From Pseudothermotoga sp. (GTDB lineage: Bacteria; Thermotogota; Thermotogae; Thermotogales; DSM-5069), in assembly GCA_031962025.1 (NCBI GenBank), contig JAVRKW010000001.1: a stretch of 21,688 nt of DNA. One strand, given 5' to 3'. Below, in pieces: positions 10,224 to 18,049 of this stretch (position 1 is the first letter of the stretch; every line of letters begins with the position of its first letter). The translations under genes were made by a program, and so were the position numbers. The notes under the pieces were generated by a model. That model did not search any database. It had not been told where the DNA came from and saw nothing but the letters and a program-made list of their open reading frames with translations.

Positions 10224-10669
10224 GAGCAGTTGTACAGCGTGTGCACCATGCCAGGGTTTTCGTCAACGGTGAAGTCGTTGGTTCAATCGATAGGGGTTTA
10301 CTCGTATTTCTCGGTGTGGGTAAAAACGACACGCCGAGTGATGTAGAGTGGATTTGCGACAAAATTTTGAATCTGAGAGTCTTTGAGGATCAGGAAGGAA
10401 AAATGAATCTGAGTGTTACACAGATAAACGGGGGTGTACTGGTTATCTCTCAGTTTACACTCTACGGTGATTGTCGGCGTGGAAGGAGACCTTCTTTTAG
10501 CGACGCAGCTCCAGCCGACCTTGGTCAGGCTCTTTACAGTTCATTTGTGGAATCTATGAAGAGCAAAATCAAGAACGTTGCTCAGGGAGTTTTCGGAGCG
10601 CACATGGACATCGAAGCCTTCAACGATGGTCCAGTCACATTACTTCTGGACAGCGAGAGGAGGTTTTGA
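10220..10669 (+). CDS. dtd: D-aminoacyl-tRNA deacylase
   Basis: (M)RAVVQRV N-terminus, SQFTL, GRRPSF and NDGPVT. Start at CTG 10220 overlaps the rel stop. The rel-dtd order is widely conserved. Confidence 0.95.
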   Translation: MRAVVQRVHHARVFVNGEVVGSIDRGLLVFLGVGKNDTPSDVEWICDKILNLRVFEDQEGKMNLSVTQINGGVLVISQFTLYGDCRRGRRPSFSDAAPADLGQALYSSFVESMKSKIKNVAQGVFGAHMDIEAFNDGPVTLLLDSERRF

Positions 10670-11250
10670 TGTTAATACTCCTACATGTTTGCTGTGCGCC
10701 GGATGCAACCACTGCGGTTGAAAGATTGCGTGAAGAAGGGTATGAACCTGTCCTGTTCTTTTTTAATCCAAATATACAGCCACAGGAGGAATACGACAAA
10801 CGCCTTGAAGCAACTGTGAATTTATCAAAGCTGTGGAATCTGAAATTGATCGTTGAAAAATCCGGTGAAAACCTGTGGAAACAACAAATAAAAGGACTTG
10901 AAGGTTTTCCAGAGGGTTCACTCAGGTGCGCCAAGTGCATTGAATTTCGCCTGAGATCAACAGCACAGTACGCAGAAAAAAACGGCTTTCAGATCTTTTC
11001 GACTACACTGACAACAAGTCCAAGGAAAAATTCAAATTTGATTCTTGAGATCGGTGAAAATATCTCCAAGGACTATGCAGTTGAATATCTCCACAGGGAT
11101 TTCAAAAAAAAGAACGGTTTTCTCAGGAGCGTTCAGCTGAGCAAAGAATTGGGATTGTACAGGCAGAACTACTGTGGTTGTATTTATTCTTTGAGAGTGA
11201 GTGGTCAGCCATCTACCACTCATAGAGGCAATTCAAGCCAGAGGGGATGA
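10669..11250 (+). CDS. queH: Epoxyqueuosine reductase QueH (DUF208)
   Basis: LLHVCCAPD, FFNPNIQP..EY..R, RCAKC..RL, TTLTTSPRK and LYRQNYCGC. ATG 10669 follows GAGGAGG. Confidence 0.92.
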   Translation: MLILLHVCCAPDATTAVERLREEGYEPVLFFFNPNIQPQEEYDKRLEATVNLSKLWNLKLIVEKSGENLWKQQIKGLEGFPEGSLRCAKCIEFRLRSTAQYAEKNGFQIFSTTLTTSPRKNSNLILEIGENISKDYAVEYLHRDFKKKNGFLRSVQLSKELGLYRQNYCGCIYSLRVSGQPSTTHRGNSSQRG

Positions 11251-11327
11251 GCACCTGACTCTGAAAGGAGGGTACAGCGCATTTCTCTCCATCTTTTAGA
11301 AGATGGTGCTTTTTGCGCTGAAAATCG

Positions 11328-12122
11328 ATGAAAATATACGCCGCAACAGAAGAAAGGCTGATAAGAGATGATCTTGGTCTAAAAGATGTTTTGGCAAAAT
11401 ACCACAAGCTCGTTTTAGAATCACAGATACCTGTTGCACTGAATCTGAATGGTCAGACTTTACTGCTCAATTACGTTGACACTCTAATAGGACCAGCTGT
11501 CGTGGGTTTTGTAGATCAACAGGTGTCTTTGGAATTACTGAGGATGTATCTGGATAACTTGCTTTTACAAGAGCATGTCTTTCCGTCTTTTATGGTTGAA
11601 CTCAGTAATCTGGTCCATAGCTGGAAAGGTAAAATGACAGTTGGACTCTTGTCGGCGCAAAAAGACGAAATCAGATTTGATTACAGAGCAAAACTCGGCA
11701 GAATTTCATCACAGATAATCAATTTAGGTGACAAAGATTTGTACGTTTTTCCAACAGACCAGGTATCTGTTCACAAAGATGTCAAACTGGCAATGTCTTG
11801 TAGCTGTAGGCAAATTCTTGATGCCATCAGACAGGCTTTTGTTGTGGACAGGTATGTTGATTCTGAGGGGTTGTGCACTTACCAGGATCTTCAAAACTCA
11901 GAAATTTGCGTCAATTTTGACGAAAACGACATCAATATGATTCACAAAAGGCTTTTATCCAGAAATTTAAAAGAATTCAGTGAAAAAGCAGAGTTTTCGC
12001 TGCAGGAGGCTTACAGAGTCGAGAAGTCACTTGAGGAAAAATACTGGCTCTTTTTTGATATAGGCATCGAATGCCATCTGTACGTAACAGGGTTAAAAAA
12101 TTGGCAAAGGAAGGTGCAGTGA
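11328..12122 (+). CDS. Hypothetical protein
   Basis: 264-aa ORF co-oriented within the operon, with its stop coupled to the next start. No motif recognised. Confidence 0.75.
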   Translation: MKIYAATEERLIRDDLGLKDVLAKYHKLVLESQIPVALNLNGQTLLLNYVDTLIGPAVVGFVDQQVSLELLRMYLDNLLLQEHVFPSFMVELSNLVHSWKGKMTVGLLSAQKDEIRFDYRAKLGRISSQIINLGDKDLYVFPTDQVSVHKDVKLAMSCSCRQILDAIRQAFVVDRYVDSEGLCTYQDLQNSEICVNFDENDINMIHKRLLSRNLKEFSEKAEFSLQEAYRVEKSLEEKYWLFFDIGIECHLYVTGLKNWQRKVQ

Positions 12123-12553
12123 TGAAAGAAATTGTTACTGTGTCGTTCACTTCAAAACCAGTCAACACCCGACTTGCCCGAGCAGTTATAAGATCATTTT
12201 TGATACACAGAAATGTCCTGGAAGAAGAAATTTGGGACACAGAGCTCGGAGCAAACGAGGCTTTGACCAACATAATAAGGCACACCTACAAAAACGATGA
12301 GACCAAATACATTACGATGACGCTCGTATGGGATGCATCTGAAAAACAACTCCAGATTCTGTTGAGGGACTTTGGTGAGCATGTTGATCCATCTACAATA
12401 ACCCCGAAGATGCCATCTGCTGAGAGGGAAGGTGGCTTTGGTCTGTACATAATCAGCAGGATTTTCAATACAGTTCAGTTGATAAACGTTGACGGCGGAA
12501 ACCTGCTCAAATTGACCAAAGTGTTCACTTCTGTGGCTGGTGATCAATTCTGA
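12122..12553 (+). CDS. RsbW/SpoIIAB-like anti-sigma factor / serine kinase (HATPase_c)
   Basis: ELGANEALTNIIRHTY, LRDFG and EGGFGLYII motifs. Start is GTG 12119 or ATG 12122 after AAGGAAGG. Confidence 0.88.
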   Translation: MKEIVTVSFTSKPVNTRLARAVIRSFLIHRNVLEEEIWDTELGANEALTNIIRHTYKNDETKYITMTLVWDASEKQLQILLRDFGEHVDPSTITPKMPSAEREGGFGLYIISRIFNTVQLINVDGGNLLKLTKVFTSVAGDQF

Positions 12554-13878
12554 AGGTTCACATTGTTGGCGGAGGATTGGCTGGATCAGAAATAGCATAT
12601 CAGCTGGCTAAATTGGGTATAGAAGTCTCAATTCACGAGATGAGACCTGTTAAGATGACACCTGTACATAAGACTGGATTTTTGGGTGAACTTGTGTGCA
12701 GTAACTCCTTGAAATCTGATGACATCAACAACGCTTCGGGGTTGCTAAAAAGAGAGATGGAGCTGTTTGATTCATTGATCATGAAAGCAGCCCGTCTTAC
12801 ACGTATACCTGCCGGTAAAGCCCTTGCGGTTGATCGAGAAAAATTCTGCCAGTTTATCACAAAAACTGTCGTGGAATCTGGAGTAGAAATTATCAACGAA
12901 GAGATAACACAGATTCCAGAAAACTCAAAAGACATCTGGGTGATAGCTACCGGACCAGCCACAAGTGATGGTTTGTGTGAATGGCTTCAAAAAGTCGCGG
13001 GAGAAAACCTTCATTTTTTCGATGCGGTTGCACCAATAGTAACCGCAGACAGTATTGATTATTCAATTGTCTTCACCGCTGATCGTTATGGCGTTGGGAC
13101 AAAGGACTATTTGAACTGTCCGATGGACATGTCACAGTATGAAAGGTTCTACGAAGCCTTGGTGAATGCAGAGGTCATACCAATGGAGGATTTTGATAGA
13201 AGCCTACTGTTCGATCGTTGTATGCCCATAGAAGAAATCGCTAGAAGCGGGAAAATGTCTTTACTGTTTGGACCACTGAGACCTGTAGGTTTGATAGATC
13301 CCAGGACCAACAAACAGCCTTACGCGGTCGTTCAATTGCGTAAGGATAATATCGAGGGAACGTTGTACAATATAGTGGGATTTCAAACACGGCTGAAGTG
13401 GAATGAGCAGAAAAGAGTCATCAGATTGATACCGGGGCTTCAGAATGCAGAAATCGTTCGGTATGGCGTTATGCACAGGAATGTTTACATCAATTCCAGG
13501 AGAGTTTTAGATCCTTATATGAGGCTGAGGACGAACAACAGAATTTTTCTCTCCGGGCAGATAACAGGTGTGGAAGGTTATTTAGAATCTGCAGCGAGTG
13601 GATTGTATGTGGCTTTGAACATCTACAGAGTAGTTAATAAACTGAGTCCTGTGGTTTTACCAAAAACCACAATGATGGGGGCTTTGTTTGATTACATCAG
13701 TCATGGTATCGATAAAAGTCTTCAACCGATGTATGCCAATTATGGTTTGCTGAATTGTCGGGGGAAAGCCCGAGAACAGGTGGCACAAAAGGCTCTTGAA
13801 GATATGAGCCAGTTTTTGATGGTTCTAAAGGGGGATACTGGTGAAGGTACAGGTGAAAGTTTCGAACAATGGACTTGA
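12550..13878 (+). CDS. trmFO: FAD/folate-dependent tRNA (uracil-54-C5)-methyltransferase TrmFO (Gid)
   Basis: (M)KVHIVGGGLAGSE, ELVCSNSL, ALAVDRE, VIATGP, FFDAVAPIV, YGVMHRN and GQITGVEGYLESAASG. Start placed at CTG 12550. Confidence 0.96.
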   Translation: MKVHIVGGGLAGSEIAYQLAKLGIEVSIHEMRPVKMTPVHKTGFLGELVCSNSLKSDDINNASGLLKREMELFDSLIMKAARLTRIPAGKALAVDREKFCQFITKTVVESGVEIINEEITQIPENSKDIWVIATGPATSDGLCEWLQKVAGENLHFFDAVAPIVTADSIDYSIVFTADRYGVGTKDYLNCPMDMSQYERFYEALVNAEVIPMEDFDRSLLFDRCMPIEEIARSGKMSLLFGPLRPVGLIDPRTNKQPYAVVQLRKDNIEGTLYNIVGFQTRLKWNEQKRVIRLIPGLQNAEIVRYGVMHRNVYINSRRVLDPYMRLRTNNRIFLSGQITGVEGYLESAASGLYVALNIYRVVNKLSPVVLPKTTMMGALFDYISHGIDKSLQPMYANYGLLNCRGKAREQVAQKALEDMSQFLMVLKGDTGEGTGESFEQWT

Positions 13879-15241
13879 AGCTTATGTGACTGTTTCGGCA
13901 CAGGAAAACGAAGAAGTGTCAAAAGATCAAATAATCTCACATCTTCAAGCCAACGGCATAGTGTATGGCATTTTAGAGGGAGCAATTGAAGATCTGGTGA
14001 AAAAAAGGATCTTTGACACTCCAGTTCTTGTTGCCATGGGGGAAGAGCCAGTCAACGGTGAAGACGGGCAGATTCTCATGATTCAACCTGAAAAATACGA
14101 ATCATCTGATCAGATAAAAGACAAGATTGATCTGAGAGAACTTCCAAGTCGTACAAGGCAGATAGTTAAGGCAGGACAGGTAGTCGCGGAGATCATACAG
14201 CCGACAGGCGGGATAGAAGGTCGAAATGTCTTTGGAAGGTCTTTAAACCCAAAGCCAGGTAGACCTGCTCAGCTCAAACTCGGGAAAAACGTAAAGCTTT
14301 CTGAAGACGGCACAAAAGTTATCGCAACTGTCGATGGAATTCTGGTTGCCAGAGCTGATGGATCCATAGATGTTAATGAAGTTTTGGTTATAAAGGGAGA
14401 TGTCGATTACGCAACCGGAAATATCGACTTTCCCGGGGAAGTACAGGTCTCTGGAGATGTCAAGCCGGGTTTCACTGTCAAGGCAAAGGGTAATATTACA
14501 ATAAACGGTGTTGTGGAAGCTGCAACTGTGATATCCTTTGAAGGATCGGTCAGTGCGCTTGGAATAAAAGGCAGGGAAAAGGGTATCGTTAAAGCAAAAG
14601 AAGATGTCATGGCAAAATTTTTGGAGAACGCAATCATAGAAGCTGGGAGAAGTGTTGTCGTAAACGGTCCCATAACTAACTCTCAGGTTCGCGCTGGCTT
14701 AGAAGTCAGGGCAACGGGTAACAAGGGAATAATAGTGGGTGGCTCTATTGTAGCAGGTTTTACCGTTGAGGCAGAAGAAATAGGTTCGCCGCTTGGTGTT
14801 AAGACGGTGATAGAAATAGGTTTTGATCCACAGGCAAGAGATCAGATCAAACTGATACGCGGTCAACTGGAACTCGACAGGGAGAATTTGTCGAAACTGG
14901 TCAACATTTACAGGTCCATGAAAACATTGATGGAAAAAAATCAGGGGCAGTTACCTCCAGATAAAATGGAGATTTACAAAAAAGTTGGTCAGACCATGAT
15001 AAACCTCAGAAATACGATTGAGATGAATGAAAAACAATTACGGGAATTAGAAGCGCATATCAGGGAAAAATTCAGCCGTTCCAAGGTTGTGGCAAGAAAG
15101 GTTCTGCATCCAGGTGTCGAAGTGGTGATCTTCGAGAAAAAGTTCTATTCGGATAAAAGATTTGAAAAGGTAGTCATTTTGATGGAAAACCACGAAATCA
15201 GACTCGGGGGTTATTCTGGTGATACTCAGGTCGATTCCTGA
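13841..15241 (+). CDS. DUF342 / FapA-family protein
   Basis: N-terminal GIVYGI, VAMGEEPVNGEDG, GDVDYATGNIDFPGEV, beta-helix repeats, IVGG, and a C-terminal coiled coil followed by PGV. Confidence 0.88.
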   Translation: MKVQVKVSNNGLEAYVTVSAQENEEVSKDQIISHLQANGIVYGILEGAIEDLVKKRIFDTPVLVAMGEEPVNGEDGQILMIQPEKYESSDQIKDKIDLRELPSRTRQIVKAGQVVAEIIQPTGGIEGRNVFGRSLNPKPGRPAQLKLGKNVKLSEDGTKVIATVDGILVARADGSIDVNEVLVIKGDVDYATGNIDFPGEVQVSGDVKPGFTVKAKGNITINGVVEAATVISFEGSVSALGIKGREKGIVKAKEDVMAKFLENAIIEAGRSVVVNGPITNSQVRAGLEVRATGNKGIIVGGSIVAGFTVEAEEIGSPLGVKTVIEIGFDPQARDQIKLIRGQLELDRENLSKLVNIYRSMKTLMEKNQGQLPPDKMEIYKKVGQTMINLRNTIEMNEKQLRELEAHIREKFSRSKVVARKVLHPGVEVVIFEKKFYSDKRFEKVVILMENHEIRLGGYSGDTQVDS

Positions 15242-16040
15242 AGCAAGAGAGATGATATGGGGGAGTTTCAAGCTCAATGAGCTTTTCTGTGCTAGTTGTC
15301 AAAATCCAGTGGGTGAAGTGTGGTTATTATCAGACCATCCATTGATATCTACAAAACTGCAATCGCTCCACAAAGAGAATTTTGATCCGCGGTCACTGGT
15401 TAGTTTATTTGGTTTGAACCTTGTGAGATTTCCAGTTTTGATAAAATTAATTGCCTGTGAACAATGGCTTTCTGTGCAGGTTCATCCAGATGACGATCTG
15501 GCACGAAAAATTGAAAATGAACCCTGGGGAAAAACCGAATGCTGGTTTTTCCTTAAAGACAGTACTATAGCCCTTCAGAGTTCAGATATGAATTTGAAAG
15601 ACAGTATTACTTCGAACTCTTTTTCTCGGGATATGAAGGTATTTCATCCTCGTGCCGGTGATCTTGTTTATATTCCCGCAGGGGTTCTACATGCCATAGG
15701 TCCTGGATCATTCCTTTTAGAAATACAGCAATCATCTGATTTAACATATAGAGTTTACGACTGGGGAAGAGGAAGGGAATTACACATCCAGAAGGCTCTG
15801 CAGGCATTCAAAAAAGTCAATCCTGATGAGTTATTTTTCAAATCCTTAGATCATTTCGAATGTGATTACTTTGAAATCTACAGATGTTCCAGCGCATATG
15901 TTTTTCCCGGTTCAATCATTGTAATGCTGACAGATGGCTCAATAGATGGAATAAAAACGAGTCAATACGAAACACTTTTGCTTGTAGATCAAATTGCACA
16001 TGTAACAGGAGAAGCACTGGTGATAAGAATAGGACAATAA
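15219..16040 (+). CDS. Class I mannose-6-phosphate isomerase (cupin)
   Basis: IWG, GEVW, FPVLIKLI, LSVQVHPDD, GKTECW, IPAGVLHAIG, EIQQSSDLTYRVYDWGR and RELH. Confidence 0.9.
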   Translation: MILRSIPEAREMIWGSFKLNELFCASCQNPVGEVWLLSDHPLISTKLQSLHKENFDPRSLVSLFGLNLVRFPVLIKLIACEQWLSVQVHPDDDLARKIENEPWGKTECWFFLKDSTIALQSSDMNLKDSITSNSFSRDMKVFHPRAGDLVYIPAGVLHAIGPGSFLLEIQQSSDLTYRVYDWGRGRELHIQKALQAFKKVNPDELFFKSLDHFECDYFEIYRCSSAYVFPGSIIVMLTDGSIDGIKTSQYETLLLVDQIAHVTGEALVIRIGQ

Positions 16041-16068
16041 AGAAAAAGTCGCTGGACCAGCCAGCGAC
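16039..16068 (-). terminator. Rho-independent terminator after acpP
   Basis: 8-bp stem GTCGCTGG (16048-16055) / CCAGCGAC (16061-16068), followed on the minus strand by TTTTTCTTT. It lies between convergent genes. Confidence 0.8.
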
Positions 16069-16080
16069 ATCTAAGGTTAG

Positions 16081-16368
16081 TTATTCCTCGTCGATCTCTT
16101 CTTCTTTTTCCTCTTTATCTTCCTGAGATTCAAGATTTGCGTACAGGATCTTGAAGATATCTCTCACAGTTCTTATCTTCTCTAACTTTTCATCTGGAAT
16201 TGAAACTCCAAATTCATCTTCGAATGCCATTACAAGATCAACAAGATCCAGAGAGTCTGCATCCAGATCGTCAATTAAGTCAGCATCTTCGGTGATCTCA
16301 TCGATATCAGCACCCAGTTTTTCGGCAACCAGTTCTTTAATCCTTTCCATAAGTTCATCCTTGTTCAT
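16081..16368 (-). CDS. acpP: Acyl carrier protein
   Basis: DLDADSLDLVDLVMAFEDEFG contains the phosphopantetheine Ser. ATG 16368 follows AGGAGG. Acidic C-terminal tail. Confidence 0.93.
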   Translation of the reverse strand: MNKDELMERIKELVAEKLGADIDEITEDADLIDDLDADSLDLVDLVMAFEDEFGVSIPDEKLEKIRTVRDIFKILYANLESQEDKEEKEEEIDEE

Positions 16369-16400
16369 GTCCTTCCCTCCTAACAATTTTGAATCGACAT

Positions 16401-16431
16401 ATTATAAACCATTATCCAGAAGAAATGTCAA
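16401..16431 (-). promoter_or_regulatory. Sigma70-type promoter of acpP (TTGACA-N19-TATAAT)
   Basis: Perfect hexamers at 16431-16426 and 16406-16401 with a 19-nt spacer. Confidence 0.65.
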
Positions 16432-16660
16432 GTCTTTAGGAGGTCCTGAACAGGGAAAAGATTAGACCTATCCCAACATACGTTGGTGTAGATTGATCAC
16501 CGGCCGGTCAGCGCTGTCCATTATATATAATACGATTTTGCAAAGACAGGTGAAAATCAAAAGCCAGCATCTAAAAAGAATTTTGAAAAGAAAAATCAAA
16601 ATTTTCTCTGATTTATCATTAAACCGGAAGTTTGTTTAGTCTAACTTTCAAAGGTACCTG

Positions 16661-18046
16661 TCAAATACCGCAAAACAGTAAATCTGCTTTTGCTGTCATA
16701 TCAACTGTCAATCTGGCAAGATCTGTGATTTTCACATCCTCGAAACCGTTGAGATAGGTTTGAAGCCTGTTGCCAAGCGGTGTCACCCATCTGTCTGGTA
16801 GATTATGTGCACCTTTGATCACACCCAGGATAGTTCCAATTTCACCTGCGTTGCAATCGACATCATATCCCAGAGCGGAGACTATGCGCATAGTTTCATC
16901 AAAATCACCTTCACCATACCATAGTGCGGTTATAACACAGCAGAGATTGGGATATACGTGTATCCAGTTGTACCTTTTGAATTTTTCTTCTATTGTAGAT
17001 CTGATACTTCTCCAGGAATTGTTATTCTTACATTTTTCTATGATATCTGTCAGAACATCTTCAAACTCGGTGTTTTTTGGAACGTATTTTTTGGATTCTT
17101 CGATGAGATTGCGCACATCATTTTGAACAAAAGCAAGTGAAGTCATGACCGCACTGTGTATACCTCCATACACTCCATTTCCTGAATGTGAGATACAGGA
17201 ATCAAGATAGGCAAGGTAAGCGGCTTCTTTTGGTCGTGCGGGTCGTAACAAACCATGAACCATACAGCGCATTTGAGCACCTATCCATTCCTGAAAAGGG
17301 TTGTTGAATCTGCCAGACTGTGGCGGAAAGATACCCATTTTCAGATTTTCCAGTGCTATATACTCAGCACTCCAGCCGAATGGAATTAACTCAAGCCATT
17401 TGGATGCAATCTCATGTGAAGTCAGTACATCGTTTTCCTTCAGCGCTTCTAAAAATGCTATTTCATAGGTTATATCATCGTTGTATGTGTCTGGTCTTTC
17501 GATGTAATAACCCAATTTTGGCCCAAAACACCTTTCCAAAACTTCTCCCGTATAGCCTTCGAGTTTTGTCCCCATCGAAGCACCGGCGATCTGTCCTAGC
17601 CATCCTCCGAGTATTTTGTCATAAAGATCAGTTATCTGTTCTGGGTAATCTTTGGGAAAATCAGCCGATATTGTTTCCCATTCAAGCGGTCTGTTGTATC
17701 TATGATAGGGATGATTCGTATCAACAGTTGCTTCTCTGAGATTTTTGAATATTGAACTGGTAATCGGTTTCAATCTATCTATCTTTCCCTGTTTTAAAAG
17801 TTCTAAGCCAAACTCAAAAAGTGATTCTGCTTGATTGACATTTCTACCCATGTTTTCCATAGACTGTATGGCACCTGCAATCAAGCATTCTGGAGCCTTT
17901 GAACCTGGAACATTGCTCTGCCAGAATAGCTCGACTAATTTTTTGGGAAAAATGCTAAAGTCGACAGATTCTGTCCATGAACCTTTCTCATCCAAAACTG
18001 GTTGTGCACTTTTTCTCATCTGTAATGCGTATTCCCATGCTTTCAA
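16661..18046 (-). CDS. ADP-ribosylglycohydrolase (ARH/DraG) family protein with N-terminal extension
   Basis: GGWLGQIAGASMG..LEG, NDDITY (Mg-binding), WIGAQMR, SH..NGVYGG and GYDVDCNAGEIGTILG. TTG start with GGAGTGG SD. Confidence 0.85.
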   Translation of the reverse strand: MKAWEYALQMRKSAQPVLDEKGSWTESVDFSIFPKKLVELFWQSNVPGSKAPECLIAGAIQSMENMGRNVNQAESLFEFGLELLKQGKIDRLKPITSSIFKNLREATVDTNHPYHRYNRPLEWETISADFPKDYPEQITDLYDKILGGWLGQIAGASMGTKLEGYTGEVLERCFGPKLGYYIERPDTYNDDITYEIAFLEALKENDVLTSHEIASKWLELIPFGWSAEYIALENLKMGIFPPQSGRFNNPFQEWIGAQMRCMVHGLLRPARPKEAAYLAYLDSCISHSGNGVYGGIHSAVMTSLAFVQNDVRNLIEESKKYVPKNTEFEDVLTDIIEKCKNNNSWRSIRSTIEEKFKRYNWIHVYPNLCCVITALWYGEGDFDETMRIVSALGYDVDCNAGEIGTILGVIKGAHNLPDRWVTPLGNRLQTYLNGFEDVKITDLARLTVDMTAKADLLFCGI

Positions 18047-18049
18047 ATT

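Noticed and set aside
11195..11325. Known riboswitch (lysine, SAM-I, fluoride, c-di-GMP, glycine) or 6S RNA
   Set aside because: Only fragments (AGAGGC, GAAAGG, GGnGAUG) match. The family core motifs and the long 6S rod are absent by eye.
11303..11371. 22-aa ORF MVLFALKIDENIRRNRRKADKR as a frameshifted N-terminus or leader peptide
   Set aside because: Its ATG is buried in the hairpin, has no properly spaced SD, and no slippery site is evident.
6180..13878. mnmG, dtd and trmFO as N-terminally truncated pseudogenes
   Set aside because: The full conserved N-termini are present in frame and the rest of each ORF is intact. A non-canonical start explains them better.
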